A stretch of 64,000 nucleotides of DNA from Clostridia bacterium (GTDB lineage: Bacteria > Bacillota > Clostridia > Oscillospirales > CAG-272), in contig JAFYPF010000022.1 in assembly GCA_017547655.1 (NCBI GenBank), positions 21,920 through 85,919 of the forward strand. The letters run 5' to 3'. How positions within the stretch are numbered: position 1 is the first letter of the stretch; the number at the start of each line of letters is the position of its first letter. This document shows, one piece after another, positions 1 to 10,539 of this stretch. The translations under genes and the position numbers were made by a program. The notes under the pieces were generated by a model. It was not told the origin of the DNA. It made no database searches and saw nothing but the letters and a program-made list of their open reading frames with translations.

Positions 1-1
1 T

Positions 2-244
2 CCCGAGATGAAAGCAAGGCGTGTGAAGAGAACTCTTATGGCGTCGGCGGTTAAGACGAAGATAGACAGTCAGGGAAGAGTGCTTATCAGTCAGGGACAC
101 AAGGCTTATGCCGGACTTGATAAAAACGTTTACGTTATCGGCGTGGGCAATCATGTTGAGGTATGGGATGAAGATAAGTGGATTGCAGAAAACGATATGA
201 ACTCCGAAGAACTTGCAGAGACACTTATGTCACTTGGATTCTAA
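2..244 (+). CDS. mraZ: MraZ division/cell-wall cluster regulator, C-terminal portion (N-terminus lies upstream of the window)
   Basis: The frame is open to the window edge. It contains a second SpoVT/AbrB-like repeat, DSQGRVLISQGHKAYAGLDKNVYVIGVGNHVEVWD. It lies directly upstream of rsmH, as in canonical dcw clusters. Confidence 0.8.
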   Translation, partial: PEMKARRVKRTLMASAVKTKIDSQGRVLISQGHKAYAGLDKNVYVIGVGNHVEVWDEDKWIAENDMNSEELAETLMSLGF

Positions 245-1186
245 ATGGATATCGTATTTTCTCATTATTCCGTTTTGCTTAACGAGTGTATAGACGGACT
301 TGATATAAAACCCGACGGAATATACGTCGATTTGACGACGGGCGGAGGCGGTCATTCGTATGAGATAGCGAAGAGGCTGACCGACGGCGGCAAACATATA
401 TGCCTCGACAGAGACGATGATGCTCTTATGGCGGCGAAGAAGAGATTGGCGGAATTTTCCGACAGAGTTATTTTCGTAAAAGATAACTTTAGAAATTTAG
501 GCAGTGTGCTTGATAATCTCGGTATTGACGGCGTAGACGGCGTAATTGCCGATCTTGGAGTTTCGTCATACCAGCTTGATACTGCGGAAAGAGGTTTTTC
601 GTATAACAATGACGGATACCTCGACATGAGAATGAATAAATCCGATGCTCTGACAGCTTACGACGTGGTTAATACTTATTCGAAAGAAAGGTTAAAGCAG
701 ATAATATTTGAATACGGCGAAGAAAAATTTGCTCCGAGGATTGCAAACTTTATAGAAGATGCGAGACAAGAGAAGCCGATTGAGACTACCGCCGAGTTGA
801 CAGAGATAATAAAAAGCGCAATACCGCAAAAGGCGAGAATAGACGGGCCTCATCCGGCGAAAAGAACGTTTCAGGCGATAAGGATAGAGGTTAACGGTGA
901 GCTTGATGCTATTGAACCTGCGATAACGGCGGCAACCGAAAGGTTAAAGGTTGGCGGAAGACTTGCTGTTATTTCGTTCCACTCGCTCGAAGACAGAATA
1001 GTAAAGAAGACGATTGCAGGTCTTGTAAAGGGTTGTACGTGCCCTCCGGATTTTCCGGTGTGTATGTGTGGGAAACAGCCTTCGTTGAAATTGATATCGA
1101 GAAAACCGATATTACCCTCGGAAAGAGAGCTTGAAGAGAATCCGAGGTCAAGAAGCGCAAAGCTTCGTGTAGCTGAAAGGGTGTAA
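245..1186 (+). CDS. rsmH: 16S rRNA (cytosine1402-N4)-methyltransferase RsmH/MraW
   Basis: 313 aa with the SAM-binding segment [10 protein letters not shown] and the [11 protein letters not shown] motif. The ATG abuts the mraZ stop. Confidence 0.95.
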   Translation: MDIVFSHYSVLLNECIDGLDIKPDGIYVDLTTGGGGHSYEIAKRLTDGGKHICLDRDDDALMAAKKRLAEFSDRVIFVKDNFRNLGSVLDNLGIDGVDGVIADLGVSSYQLDTAERGFSYNNDGYLDMRMNKSDALTAYDVVNTYSKERLKQIIFEYGEEKFAPRIANFIEDARQEKPIETTAELTEIIKSAIPQKARIDGPHPAKRTFQAIRIEVNGELDAIEPAITAATERLKVGGRLAVISFHSLEDRIVKKTIAGLVKGCTCPPDFPVCMCGKQPSLKLISRKPILPSERELEENPRSRSAKLRVAERV

Positions 1187-1190
1187 CGGT

Positions 1191-1222
1191 ATTTTGGGAA
1201 AAGGGAATCCCAAAATATTTTT
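1191..1222 (+). terminator. Hairpin plus T-run between rsmH and ftsL (possible internal attenuator of the dcw cluster)
   Basis: The stem is ATTTTGGGA/TCCCAAAAT (1191-1199 / 1208-1216), followed by ATTTTT. Confidence 0.5.
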
Positions 1223-1262
1223 CGAATAATAGGGATTAGAAAAAATTAGGGGGATGCGGAAT

Positions 1263-1853
1263 ATGACTTACGAGAAGTCGTACGAAGAAAAGAAGAAAAA
1301 GGCGAGAAGTATTCAAAGAGACGTGAATATTGCCGAAAAAGAGAATATTGCCGCAAAAACAAGAAGCAAAACCCGCGCTGTTGCAAGACATGCGCTTGAA
1401 TCAGATAATATAAAAGTCGTTGCTGCTGTAAACGATGTACCGAAAGTTCGGACAATCAAGGCGAAGAGGAATATGCCATTTCCGACCTCTGTAGTGTTTG
1501 TGTCAGTTATTTGCACTGTCCTGTTCATGTTTATGATGCTTACCATGGCACAGATCAATGAGTTTACCCAGGATATCTCGGCACTACAGAACAGATTGTC
1601 CGAACTGCAAAAGCAGGAAGAAGAATTAAGATTGGATGTTGAATTAAAGAATGACCTTAGAGTTATTGAAGATGCTGCTGTGAATAAACTTGGAATGGTA
1701 AAGGCCGATGAAGTAAAGAAGCAATACGTTGTAATCGGCAACGAAGACAAAATCGAGGTTGTAGAGCCCGAAACCACAGAAGACAGTCTGATAAACACGG
1801 TTATGAGTTCTATTGGCGAGAATTTCAGGGAATTGGTGGAATATATCAACTGA
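1263..1853 (+). CDS. ftsL: FtsL-like septum formation initiator, a bitopic membrane protein with a long Lys-rich N-terminal extension
   Basis: It sits between rsmH and the division PBP. It has a single TM (FPTSVVFVSVICTVLFMFMMLTM) followed by a coiled coil (LQNRLSELQKQEEELRLDVELK). The ORF opens at 1254; I chose the ATG at 1263, which has better spacing from the GGGGG ribosome-binding site. Confidence 0.6.
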   Translation: MTYEKSYEEKKKKARSIQRDVNIAEKENIAAKTRSKTRAVARHALESDNIKVVAAVNDVPKVRTIKAKRNMPFPTSVVFVSVICTVLFMFMMLTMAQINEFTQDISALQNRLSELQKQEEELRLDVELKNDLRVIEDAAVNKLGMVKADEVKKQYVVIGNEDKIEVVEPETTEDSLINTVMSSIGENFRELVEYIN

Positions 1854-1984
1854 AGCTGAATAAAATTTAATCGTAAGGCGTTTTTGCGTAAATGAGGGTA
1901 GAGTGGTGTATTGTGAATATACTCTTTACTCTCTTTTGGTTAATAAGGGCAGATTGCTGCAAGGCTTCTCGGGGGTGAGAAATA

Positions 1985-4234
1985 ATGAAAGGTAAATTGA
2001 ATAGATTTATAAAAAGACGCAGCACTGCTTTGTTGTTGTTTTTTATAGTGTTTTGGGGCATACTTGTAGGAAGATTATTTTGGATGCAGGTTATACATCA
2101 CAAGGAATATCAAAGAAGTGTATCGGATAACGTTCAGAGAACAAGCACCGTATCTGCAGAGCGTGGAGAGATACTTGACAGGAACAGCGTTGTACTTGCG
2201 ACAAATATTTCGGTGTGGCGTGTATTTATATCTCCCGTAGATATAGTGGACAACGAGCAGGCAGTTTTTATATGCCGAAACCTTTCAGAGCTTTTGAGTG
2301 TAGATTATGATACCATATATAACAGAGCTTTGAGAGAAAACAGAGCCGATGAGACCGTAAAAAGAAACGTAGAAAAAGAAGATGCTGACAGAGTAAGAGC
2401 TTTTATTGAAGAAAACGAACTTTCAAAACAGATACATCTTGAGGCTACGACAAAAAGATATTATCCTTATGACTCGTTGGCGGCTAACGTTCTCGGATTT
2501 ATGGGAACAGACGGAGGCAGCTACGGTGTCGAGCTTCAATACGATAAGTATTTGACGGGTACACCCGGAAGATATATAACGGCAAAGAACGGTCTTGGTA
2601 TGGATATGCCGTTTAAATATGAAAGCTATATCAATGCGCAGGACGGTTACGATGTTGTAACGACTATTGATATGCGTATTCAACAGCTCCTTGAAAAACA
2701 GATAAAGCAGTCGTACGAGGATGCTTCGTCGGGCGGCGGTGTTACGGGAATTGTAATGGATGTAAAGACGGGCGGAATACTTGCTATGGCGCAGTATCCG
2801 ACTTATGACCTTAACGCTCCCGGAAAATTAAGCGAGGTATATCAAGCGAAGCTTAACGAGCTTGGTTTGCCTACGGACAGCGAAGATTATTCGGCTAAAT
2901 ATAACGAGCTGTTGTTTTCTTCGTGGAACAACAAGGCTGTTTCTTGGTTGTATGAGCCGGGTTCTACTTTTAAGATAATAACGGCGTCAATGGCTATTGA
3001 AGAACAGTTGATAGATCCGTTAGAGCAGTTTACGTGCAGAGGATATATAAAAGTTGAGGGCTATTCTCAACCTATCCACTGCCATAAGAGGACTGGACAC
3101 GGCACACGTGTTTTCTCCGAGATGCTTCAGCAGTCTTGTAACCCTACTTTGGTTACGGTAAGCCATAGAATAGGCTCGGATAGATTTTACGATTATTTCA
3201 CATCGTATGGATATACGAGCAAGACGGGAATAGATTTGCGCGGTGAAGCGAGTGGTATTTTTGCTTCTCGAAGCGGACTTAAGCACGTTGAATTGTCGGT
3301 ATATTCGTTCGGTCAGACGTTTAAGACCTCGCCTATCCAACAGTTAACGGCGATAGCTTCCGTTGCAAACGGAGGAAACTTGGTAACTCCTCACGTGCTT
3401 GATAAGGTTTTGGATTCCGAAGGAAATATCGTTGAATCTTATGAAACTAACGTAAAGAGACAGGTTATAAGCAAAGAAACTGCAGATTATATTACCAATA
3501 TACTTGAAGAGGGTGTATCGGGTAACGGCGGCGCAAAGAATGCTTATGTTTTAGGTTATAAGGTTGCCGCAAAGACGGGAACGTCGCAGAAGAGAGATAT
3601 TCTTAACGAAGAGGGCGAATCGTATTTGTACGTTGGTTCGTGTGTTGCGTATGCGCCTGCAGACGATCCGCAGATAGCGGTTTTAATAGTGTGCGACGAG
3701 CCTCTCGGAAATAATATTTACGGAAGCGTAGTTGCTGCGCCGTATATATCAGAGCTTCTTGAAGAGGTGTTGCCTTATATGGGAATAGAAAGTAACCTCG
3801 ACGAAGAAGAAGAGAAACGTGCTCACGTTCAGGTGTGGGATTATACAGGCTGGGATGTTGAAAAAGCGATTTTGAACGTAAGAAACCAACAGCTTGAATA
3901 TGAATTTGTAGGATCAGGACCTACTATTGTGTCGCAGATTCCTTCGGGAGGAAGCTCGGTACTTATGACTACCGGTAAGATTATATTCTTCCTTGGAAGC
4001 GCGACTCCGGAGCAGAGTGCTCAAATAAAAGTTCCAAACGTTATAGGGATGACAGCATCCGTAGCAAACAGAACGCTTACGAATGCAGGATTTAATATTA
4101 AGGTTGACGGTGCGCTGAACTATGACCAGGGTGTTGGTGCTGTTGTAGTAAATCAGTCGCTTCAGGCAGATACAATAGTGCCTAAAGGAACTTTGATAAC
4201 CATTCAATTAAGACATACTGACGGTACGGATTAA
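1985..4234 (+). CDS. Class B penicillin-binding protein (FtsI/PBP2B/SpoVD type) with C-terminal PASTA repeats
   Basis: 749 aa with an N-terminal TM and the transpeptidase motifs STFK (GSTFKIIT), SCN (QQSCNP) and KTGT (AAKTGTS). The C-terminal ~130 aa look like two PASTA units. The gene is in the dcw position. Confidence 0.9.
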   Translation: MKGKLNRFIKRRSTALLLFFIVFWGILVGRLFWMQVIHHKEYQRSVSDNVQRTSTVSAERGEILDRNSVVLATNISVWRVFISPVDIVDNEQAVFICRNLSELLSVDYDTIYNRALRENRADETVKRNVEKEDADRVRAFIEENELSKQIHLEATTKRYYPYDSLAANVLGFMGTDGGSYGVELQYDKYLTGTPGRYITAKNGLGMDMPFKYESYINAQDGYDVVTTIDMRIQQLLEKQIKQSYEDASSGGGVTGIVMDVKTGGILAMAQYPTYDLNAPGKLSEVYQAKLNELGLPTDSEDYSAKYNELLFSSWNNKAVSWLYEPGSTFKIITASMAIEEQLIDPLEQFTCRGYIKVEGYSQPIHCHKRTGHGTRVFSEMLQQSCNPTLVTVSHRIGSDRFYDYFTSYGYTSKTGIDLRGEASGIFASRSGLKHVELSVYSFGQTFKTSPIQQLTAIASVANGGNLVTPHVLDKVLDSEGNIVESYETNVKRQVISKETADYITNILEEGVSGNGGAKNAYVLGYKVAAKTGTSQKRDILNEEGESYLYVGSCVAYAPADDPQIAVLIVCDEPLGNNIYGSVVAAPYISELLEEVLPYMGIESNLDEEEEKRAHVQVWDYTGWDVEKAILNVRNQQLEYEFVGSGPTIVSQIPSGGSSVLMTTGKIIFFLGSATPEQSAQIKVPNVIGMTASVANRTLTNAGFNIKVDGALNYDQGVGAVVVNQSLQADTIVPKGTLITIQLRHTDGTD

Positions 4235-4300
4235 AAAATGATTAGTCAAACGGACGTTTAAAGAAGATTTATTGATTAAACGTTCGGGAGGCTATGACGC

Positions 4301-5752
4301 TTGAAGCTATATAATTATCTTGAAGAAATTGAAGTTTTACAAACAAACGTTACGCATTTTGACCTCGAAATAAAGGGTGTTAGCTCAAGACTCGACGAGG
4401 TTGAAAACGGATTTATATTCGTATGTATAAAGGGAATGCGTAAGGACGGGCATACTTTTGCGGTGTCTGCAAAGGAGTCGGGAGCCGTACTTCTTGTTGT
4501 TGAAGATATAACAGATGCGGTTACTGTGGCGGGTTTGCCCTATATACGGGTAAAGAATACAAGAGCAACTTTGGCTCGGATGTGCGCTAAAGCGTACGGT
4601 AATCCCGAAAGAGCATTGAAGTTTGTAGGTGTTACGGGTACCAACGGCAAGACCTCTACTTGCCGACTGCTTTCTGAAATATATACAAAGGCAGGTCAAA
4701 GGGTAAAGACTATAGGAACGCTTGACGGGAATTTAACAACTCCCGATCCCGAAGACTTTTTCAAGATAATCAGAAATGCTTTTGACAGTGGTTATGAGAG
4801 AGTTGTTATGGAGGCGTCGTCGCATTCGCTGTATCTTGATAAGCTTGACGGAGTAAGATTTGATTACGGGATTTTTACGAATTTGACGCCCGAGCATCTT
4901 GATTTCCATAGGGATATGGACGAATATGCAATGGCAAAAGCAAGGCTTTTTAAAAATGCCGATTGCGGTTTGTATAATTACGACGACTCTTATTATAAAA
5001 AAGTATCAAGTCTTTCAAGTGGAAGAATATATACGTATTCAACCCTTGATTCAGCTGCTGACTTTTTTATAAAGGACTATGTATCCAAAGGTACAGACGG
5101 ATTTGAATATACACTTGTTACCCCGAAAGACGATATAAAAATCAAGTCAAGCTTATGCGGAAGGTTCAACGTATATAACACGTTGGCTGCAAGCTCGTTG
5201 GCGTATATAGACGGTGTGGATGCCGATGTTATAAGAGAGGGAATTATATCGGTAAAAAACGTTTCGGGAAGGCTTGAAAAGGTTGAATTGGGCGATGTAC
5301 CTTTTTCGGTGTATATTGATTATGCCCATTCTCCCGATGCGCTTGAAAAAGTGCTTGGCTGTATTCGTGATTTTAAAAGAGAGGACCAACGGATTACGAT
5401 TTTATTCGGGTGCGGTGGAGACAGAGACAGAACAAAACGTCGTGTTATGGGGCAGATAGCTTCCCGACTTGCGGATTTTGTTATCGTAACGTCGGACAAC
5501 AGCCGTTCGGAAAAAGCTTCATTTATAATAGATGAAATAATGAAGGGTATAGACAAAGAAAGACCGTACGTTGTAATAGAGAACAGACGAGAGGCAATTG
5601 AATTTGCCGTAATGAACGCAAGAGAAAACGATATAGTTTTGCTGGCGGGAAAAGGACATGAAAATTACGAGATAGACAGTCTCGGGAAAAGATATTTTAA
5701 CGAAAAAGAAATAGCCGCAGAAGCGGTTTGTAAGAGGTTAAAAGGGAAATGA
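4301..5752 (+). CDS. murE: UDP-N-acetylmuramoyl-L-alanyl-D-glutamate--2,6-diaminopimelate ligase MurE
   Basis: 483 aa with a TTG start and the Mur ligase P-loop GVTGTNGKTST. DNSRSE occupies the DNPR position and retains the Arg, consistent with the meso-DAP-adding type. Confidence 0.9.
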   Translation: MKLYNYLEEIEVLQTNVTHFDLEIKGVSSRLDEVENGFIFVCIKGMRKDGHTFAVSAKESGAVLLVVEDITDAVTVAGLPYIRVKNTRATLARMCAKAYGNPERALKFVGVTGTNGKTSTCRLLSEIYTKAGQRVKTIGTLDGNLTTPDPEDFFKIIRNAFDSGYERVVMEASSHSLYLDKLDGVRFDYGIFTNLTPEHLDFHRDMDEYAMAKARLFKNADCGLYNYDDSYYKKVSSLSSGRIYTYSTLDSAADFFIKDYVSKGTDGFEYTLVTPKDDIKIKSSLCGRFNVYNTLAASSLAYIDGVDADVIREGIISVKNVSGRLEKVELGDVPFSVYIDYAHSPDALEKVLGCIRDFKREDQRITILFGCGGDRDRTKRRVMGQIASRLADFVIVTSDNSRSEKASFIIDEIMKGIDKERPYVVIENRREAIEFAVMNARENDIVLLAGKGHENYEIDSLGKRYFNEKEIAAEAVCKRLKGK

Positions 5753-7134
5753 TAATCGGGTTATCTGAAAAGTTTGACAGCAGAATATTGGCGGAGCTAT
5801 GCTTTGGAAAAACTAATTCCGATATTGAAATAGGGGAAATATCCATTGACTCGCGAGAGATAGGAGAAAAAACTCTGTTTGTGGCTGTCAAGGGGGAGAA
5901 TACCGACGGGCATAAGTATATTGACAGCGCAGTAAAAAACGGTGCGGTATGCATTATGTGTGAAAAAATTCCCGACGGCTTTACAGGTAACTATATTTTG
6001 GTTGAAGATACCATAAAGGCTATATCGGATATTGCGACGTCTTGCCGTGAAAAATACGATCCCTTTACAGTAGGCGTTACGGGAAGTGTAGGCAAGACGA
6101 CAACAAAAGAATTTATTTCATACGTATTGGCGGAAAAATTCCCGACTCACAAATCGGGCGGTAACTTTAATACCGTATATGGAATAAGCTTAACCCTTGC
6201 AGCATTGAGCAAATTGCATAAGGCTGTTGTTGCCGAAATGGGAATGAGCGCTTTGGGTGAAATATCCCAACTTACAAATATTGCGCACCCGAATGTTGCG
6301 GTTATTACGAATATAGGTACAGCTCATCTTGAGGCGCTTGGCAGCAGAGAAAATATAGCAAAAGCAAAGCTCGAAATAATAGAGGGCTTGAAGCCTGACG
6401 GCGTTTGGGTTTATAATGGCGATGAACCGTTGCTTTGGGATAAAAGAGATGAATTTCCAAACAACTTATCGTTTGCTATAAAGAATGAAGAGGCGGATAT
6501 TTTTGCAAAGAATATTCGTATATCGGAAAACAAAACGGTTTTCTGTATGCGCTATGGGAACGAAGAAATAACCGATATTGAAATTCCGACAATAGGTCAG
6601 CATAACGTATATAACGCTATGGCGGCATTTGCCGTAGGCAGAACAGCAGGTCTTTCCGATGATGAGATTAGACGCGGACTAATGAATTACAGACCTTCGG
6701 GAATGCGTCAAAAGATATACGATGTTAATAGCTATACAATAATTGAAGACTGCTATAACGCAAGTCCCGAATCGATGAAAGCATCACTCTCGGTTTTGGC
6801 TGAACTTGGCAAGGGCAGAAGAACGGTTGCTGTTTTAGGCGAAATGAGAGAGCTTGGAAATACATCTGATGAGCTTCATAAATCTGTGGGAAGATATGCC
6901 GCAGAATTGAAGATAGACCGACTTTACACGTATGGCGAATCTGCAATTAAGATTGCAGTTGGCGCATTAGAGGAAGGTCTCGATGAATCGGCAATAATCG
7001 GATATAATAAGATTACGGAGCCCGAAGGCTTGGCTGAAATATTGAAGAATGAGCTTAAATCGGGTGATATTGTGCTGTTTAAAGCGAGCAGAGCGATTGC
7101 TCTTGAAAAGGTTATTGAATATCTTGTAAAATAA
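5749..7134 (+). CDS. murF: UDP-N-acetylmuramoyl-tripeptide--D-alanyl-D-alanine ligase MurF
   Basis: 461 aa with the P-loop GVTGSVGKTTTKE. It overlaps the murE stop by 4 nt. Confidence 0.9.
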   Translation: MIIGLSEKFDSRILAELCFGKTNSDIEIGEISIDSREIGEKTLFVAVKGENTDGHKYIDSAVKNGAVCIMCEKIPDGFTGNYILVEDTIKAISDIATSCREKYDPFTVGVTGSVGKTTTKEFISYVLAEKFPTHKSGGNFNTVYGISLTLAALSKLHKAVVAEMGMSALGEISQLTNIAHPNVAVITNIGTAHLEALGSRENIAKAKLEIIEGLKPDGVWVYNGDEPLLWDKRDEFPNNLSFAIKNEEADIFAKNIRISENKTVFCMRYGNEEITDIEIPTIGQHNVYNAMAAFAVGRTAGLSDDEIRRGLMNYRPSGMRQKIYDVNSYTIIEDCYNASPESMKASLSVLAELGKGRRTVAVLGEMRELGNTSDELHKSVGRYAAELKIDRLYTYGESAIKIAVGALEEGLDESAIIGYNKITEPEGLAEILKNELKSGDIVLFKASRAIALEKVIEYLVK

Positions 7135-7146
7135 GGTGGGACAAAA

Positions 7147-8130
7147 ATGTATTTATATTTTGTTATAGCATTGATAGCAACACTTGCTCTGACCGTTTTT
7201 GCGGAGAGGATTCTTATACCTATTTTAAAGAGTGTTAAGATGGAGCAAAAAATACTTGAAATAGGTCCCCGTTGGCATAAATCCAAAGAGGGTACACCCA
7301 CAATGGGCGGACTTGGATTTATATTTGCGGCTGTAATCGTATTTGTAGCCGTGATTATTTGGGCTTCTCTCGGAAATGCCGATATTGACGTGTGGCGCGT
7401 ATGTATTACGTTTGTGTTTGCATTTTTGTGCGGAGCTATAGGGTTTATAGACGACTATGCAAAATTCTTTAAGAAACAAAACGAAGGACTGTCTGCGGGA
7501 CAAAAGTACTTGCTACAGCTTTTTTGCGCAGCGCTTTATTTGTTTTTTATGGTGTGGAAAGGCGGACTTACCACAGTATTAAAGTTTCCATTTATTAACG
7601 TAGAGTGGGAGCTTGGCGTGTTTTATTACGTTTTTGCATTGGTGCTTATAACGGGCATTGTAAACAGTGTTAACCTTACCGACGGAATAGACGGTTTGGC
7701 GGCAAGTATAACGGCAATCGTAGGCGGATTTTTTGCGGTTGTTGCATTTGCGTTCGGGATGAATGACGCTGTGATTATGTCGGGCTTGACTATAGGCTGT
7801 GCTATAGGCTTTTTGGTATATAACTTCTATCCGGCAAGAGTGTTTATGGGAGATACCGGTTCGCTGTTTTTAGGCGGCGCTGTAGTAGGTATGGCATTCC
7901 TTGTTAATAATCCTTTGATTATCGTTGTTGCAGGTATAGTATATATTGCGGAAACTTTATCTGTTATGCTTCAGGTAGCATCGTTTAAGCTTACGGGAAA
8001 GAGAATATTTAAAATGAGTCCAATTCACCACCACTTTGAAAAAAGCGGTTGGAGTGAAATAAAAATTGTAGGTGTTTTCAGTCTTGTTACCGCACTGTTC
8101 TGTATATTGGCATATTGGGGTATGATGTAA
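7147..8130 (+). CDS. mraY: Phospho-N-acetylmuramoyl-pentapeptide transferase MraY
   Basis: 327 aa and polytopic. It carries the NLTDGIDGLA and GDTGSLFLGG motifs. Confidence 0.95.
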   Translation: MYLYFVIALIATLALTVFAERILIPILKSVKMEQKILEIGPRWHKSKEGTPTMGGLGFIFAAVIVFVAVIIWASLGNADIDVWRVCITFVFAFLCGAIGFIDDYAKFFKKQNEGLSAGQKYLLQLFCAALYLFFMVWKGGLTTVLKFPFINVEWELGVFYYVFALVLITGIVNSVNLTDGIDGLAASITAIVGGFFAVVAFAFGMNDAVIMSGLTIGCAIGFLVYNFYPARVFMGDTGSLFLGGAVVGMAFLVNNPLIIVVAGIVYIAETLSVMLQVASFKLTGKRIFKMSPIHHHFEKSGWSEIKIVGVFSLVTALFCILAYWGMM

Positions 8131-8131
8131 T

Positions 8132-9379
8132 ATGAACAAAAATGTTCTACCGAAAGAAAAAAGGGCGGTAAAAGGCAAGGCGGGACAGTTAGCCGAAAGA
8201 AAACAACGCCCTGTAATAAAAAGGGATATAGTCAAGGATAACGATATAGTAAGAATAAAGGGTGATATGGACAGAACCTTTTTGATTCTTGTTATAATAA
8301 TGATATGCTTTGGCTCCGTAATGGTTTTCAGCGCAAGCTATGCTTATGCATTGGCATCAAAGGGGAACAGTTATTACTTTATTGAAAGACAGCTGTTGTT
8401 CGTTGGCGTCGGTGTTGTAGGTATGCTTGTTGTTGCGAATTTTATTGACTATAGGACCATAAAAAAATATACGAGCCTATATTTTACTGTAGTTGTCGGG
8501 TTGCTGATAGCGGTTCTTGCTTTCGGTACTGCTGAGGGTGAAGCGTTGAGATGGCTTTATATTCCGGGGACAGGTATAGGAATTCAGCCCTCTGAATTTA
8601 TGAAGCTCGGTATAGTACTTCGACTTGCGAAGTATTTTTCGGATAACGAACAGTATTTGGAAAGAAGAAGCTTTAAGCTTGAGCCAGTTGTAAGAAAGTT
8701 GGCTATTCCTTATGCGATTGTAATTTTTATATGCGTATTGATAGCCTTGGAAAAGCATTTTTCCGGTGTTATAATTCTATTTCTTATCGGAACGTGCGTT
8801 ATATTTACGGCAGGTGGTCAGTTGACGTGGCTTTTTGGAGCTGCGGGTATATTCGGTTCGATATTGCTCGGAGTTATAATGCTTGTACCTTATGCAAGAG
8901 CGAGAATTGATATTTGGCTTCATCCCGAAAACTATTCAAGTCAATCCGAGACATGGCAGACGATACAAGGTATGAATGCTGTGGGTTCAGGCGGATTTTT
9001 CGGCGTTGGACTCGGTAACAGTTTGCAGAAGCATATGTTTGTTTCGCAGCCGCAGAACGACTTTATATTTGCAATAATATGCGAAGAGCTTGGATTTGTT
9101 GGCGCTGTTGCGACTATATGCTTGTTTACGGCATTTATATGGAGGGGCGTTGTTATAGCGCAAAAAGCGCCCGATATTTTCTCGAAGTTAGTTGTAGTAG
9201 GTATAATATCCAAGGTTGGAATTCAGGCGGTTCTCAATATTGCCGTTGTAACAAACACTATTCCCAATACTGGGATTTCGCTTCCGTTTTTCAGCTACGG
9301 CGGTTCGTCGTTGGTTATGCTGTTGCTAGAGATGGGAGTTGTACTGTCGATTTCAAGGTTCTCATACAAAGAGAATTGA
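8132..9379 (+). CDS. ftsW: SEDS-family peptidoglycan glycosyltransferase FtsW/SpoVE
   Basis: 415 aa and polytopic, with QPSEFMKLG and GISLPFFSYGGSS motifs. It starts 1 nt after the mraY stop. Confidence 0.9.
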   Translation: MNKNVLPKEKRAVKGKAGQLAERKQRPVIKRDIVKDNDIVRIKGDMDRTFLILVIIMICFGSVMVFSASYAYALASKGNSYYFIERQLLFVGVGVVGMLVVANFIDYRTIKKYTSLYFTVVVGLLIAVLAFGTAEGEALRWLYIPGTGIGIQPSEFMKLGIVLRLAKYFSDNEQYLERRSFKLEPVVRKLAIPYAIVIFICVLIALEKHFSGVIILFLIGTCVIFTAGGQLTWLFGAAGIFGSILLGVIMLVPYARARIDIWLHPENYSSQSETWQTIQGMNAVGSGGFFGVGLGNSLQKHMFVSQPQNDFIFAIICEELGFVGAVATICLFTAFIWRGVVIAQKAPDIFSKLVVVGIISKVGIQAVLNIAVVTNTIPNTGISLPFFSYGGSSLVMLLLEMGVVLSISRFSYKEN

Positions 9380-9418
9380 TGAAAATATGTAAAAGACTTT
9401 AAGAGAGGAAAAAGATAA

Positions 9419-10522
9419 GTGAGAGTACTTATGACGGGCGGCGGAACGGGAGGACACGTAAATCCTGCCATTGCGATAGCCAATACAATACGTGAAAAAG
9501 AAAAGAATAGCGTAATTGCGTTTGTCGGTACGAGCCGAGGTATTGAGAATAAGCTTGTTCCAAAGTTTGGTTATGAGGTATATCATATTGAAATACAGGG
9601 ATTGCGTCGAAGCTTGTCTCTTTCCAATTTAAAGACGGCTTATTTGGCGGTAACGTCTGTTTTTAAGGCGAAGAAGTTTGTAAAGAATTTTAAACCCGAC
9701 GTTGTCATAGGTACGGGTGGATATGTGTGCTGGCCGGTTGTAAAGGCGGCAGCTGATTTGGGAATTCCGACGGTGCTGCACGAGTCAAATGCATTGCCCG
9801 GTGTTGCCGTAAGAATGCTTGAAAAATATGTTGACGTTGTGTATACAAATTTTGAAGCAACTGTTAAGAAATTGAAATATCCCGAAAAGGCTATACGAGT
9901 AGGTAATCCTCTTATAAGTGGTTTTGAGGCGAAAGAGGGCGACGTAAACGAGATAAAGGGCGGATATGAGAAACTGCTGTTATCATACGGCGGAAGCCTC
10001 GGCGCTATGCGGGTAAACGGCGAAATGTTAAAGGTTATGAGGGATTATTCCTCAAAACACCCCGAGGTTTTGCATATTCACGCATCGGGCGCAATAGAGA
10101 AGGAGACCGCATTAAATACGTTCCGCGAGTTCGGTCTTGAGAAGTACGAAAATCTACAGCTTGTTGAATATATATACGATATGCCGAAGAAAATGGCTGC
10201 AGCAGACCTTGTTATTGCAAGGGCGGGAGCAATGACCTTGTCCGAGCTTGCGATGATGAAAAAGCCGTGCATACTTATTCCGTCTCCAAATGTAACGGAT
10301 AATCATCAATATAAAAATGCAGTTGAGCTTGAAAAGAAGAATGCCGCAGTTGTTTACGAAGAAAAGAACCTTGATGAGGGCGTACTTTCAAAGGCTGTTG
10401 AAGAACTGCTTGATAATGATAAAAAACTCCGAGATATGCAAGAAAATATCGGAGGCTTTGCTGTTGAAAATACAAACGAGCTTATTTATAACGGTGTAAG
10501 AAGACTTGTGGATAATAAATAA
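9419..10522 (+). CDS. murG: Undecaprenyldiphospho-muramoylpentapeptide beta-N-acetylglucosaminyltransferase MurG
   Basis: 367 aa with a GTG start and the N-terminal G-loop TGGGTGGHVNPAIAIA. Confidence 0.95.
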   Translation: MRVLMTGGGTGGHVNPAIAIANTIREKEKNSVIAFVGTSRGIENKLVPKFGYEVYHIEIQGLRRSLSLSNLKTAYLAVTSVFKAKKFVKNFKPDVVIGTGGYVCWPVVKAAADLGIPTVLHESNALPGVAVRMLEKYVDVVYTNFEATVKKLKYPEKAIRVGNPLISGFEAKEGDVNEIKGGYEKLLLSYGGSLGAMRVNGEMLKVMRDYSSKHPEVLHIHASGAIEKETALNTFREFGLEKYENLQLVEYIYDMPKKMAAADLVIARAGAMTLSELAMMKKPCILIPSPNVTDNHQYKNAVELEKKNAAVVYEEKNLDEGVLSKAVEELLDNDKKLRDMQENIGGFAVENTNELIYNGVRRLVDNK

Positions 10523-10539
10523 TAAAAAGGAATCAGAAT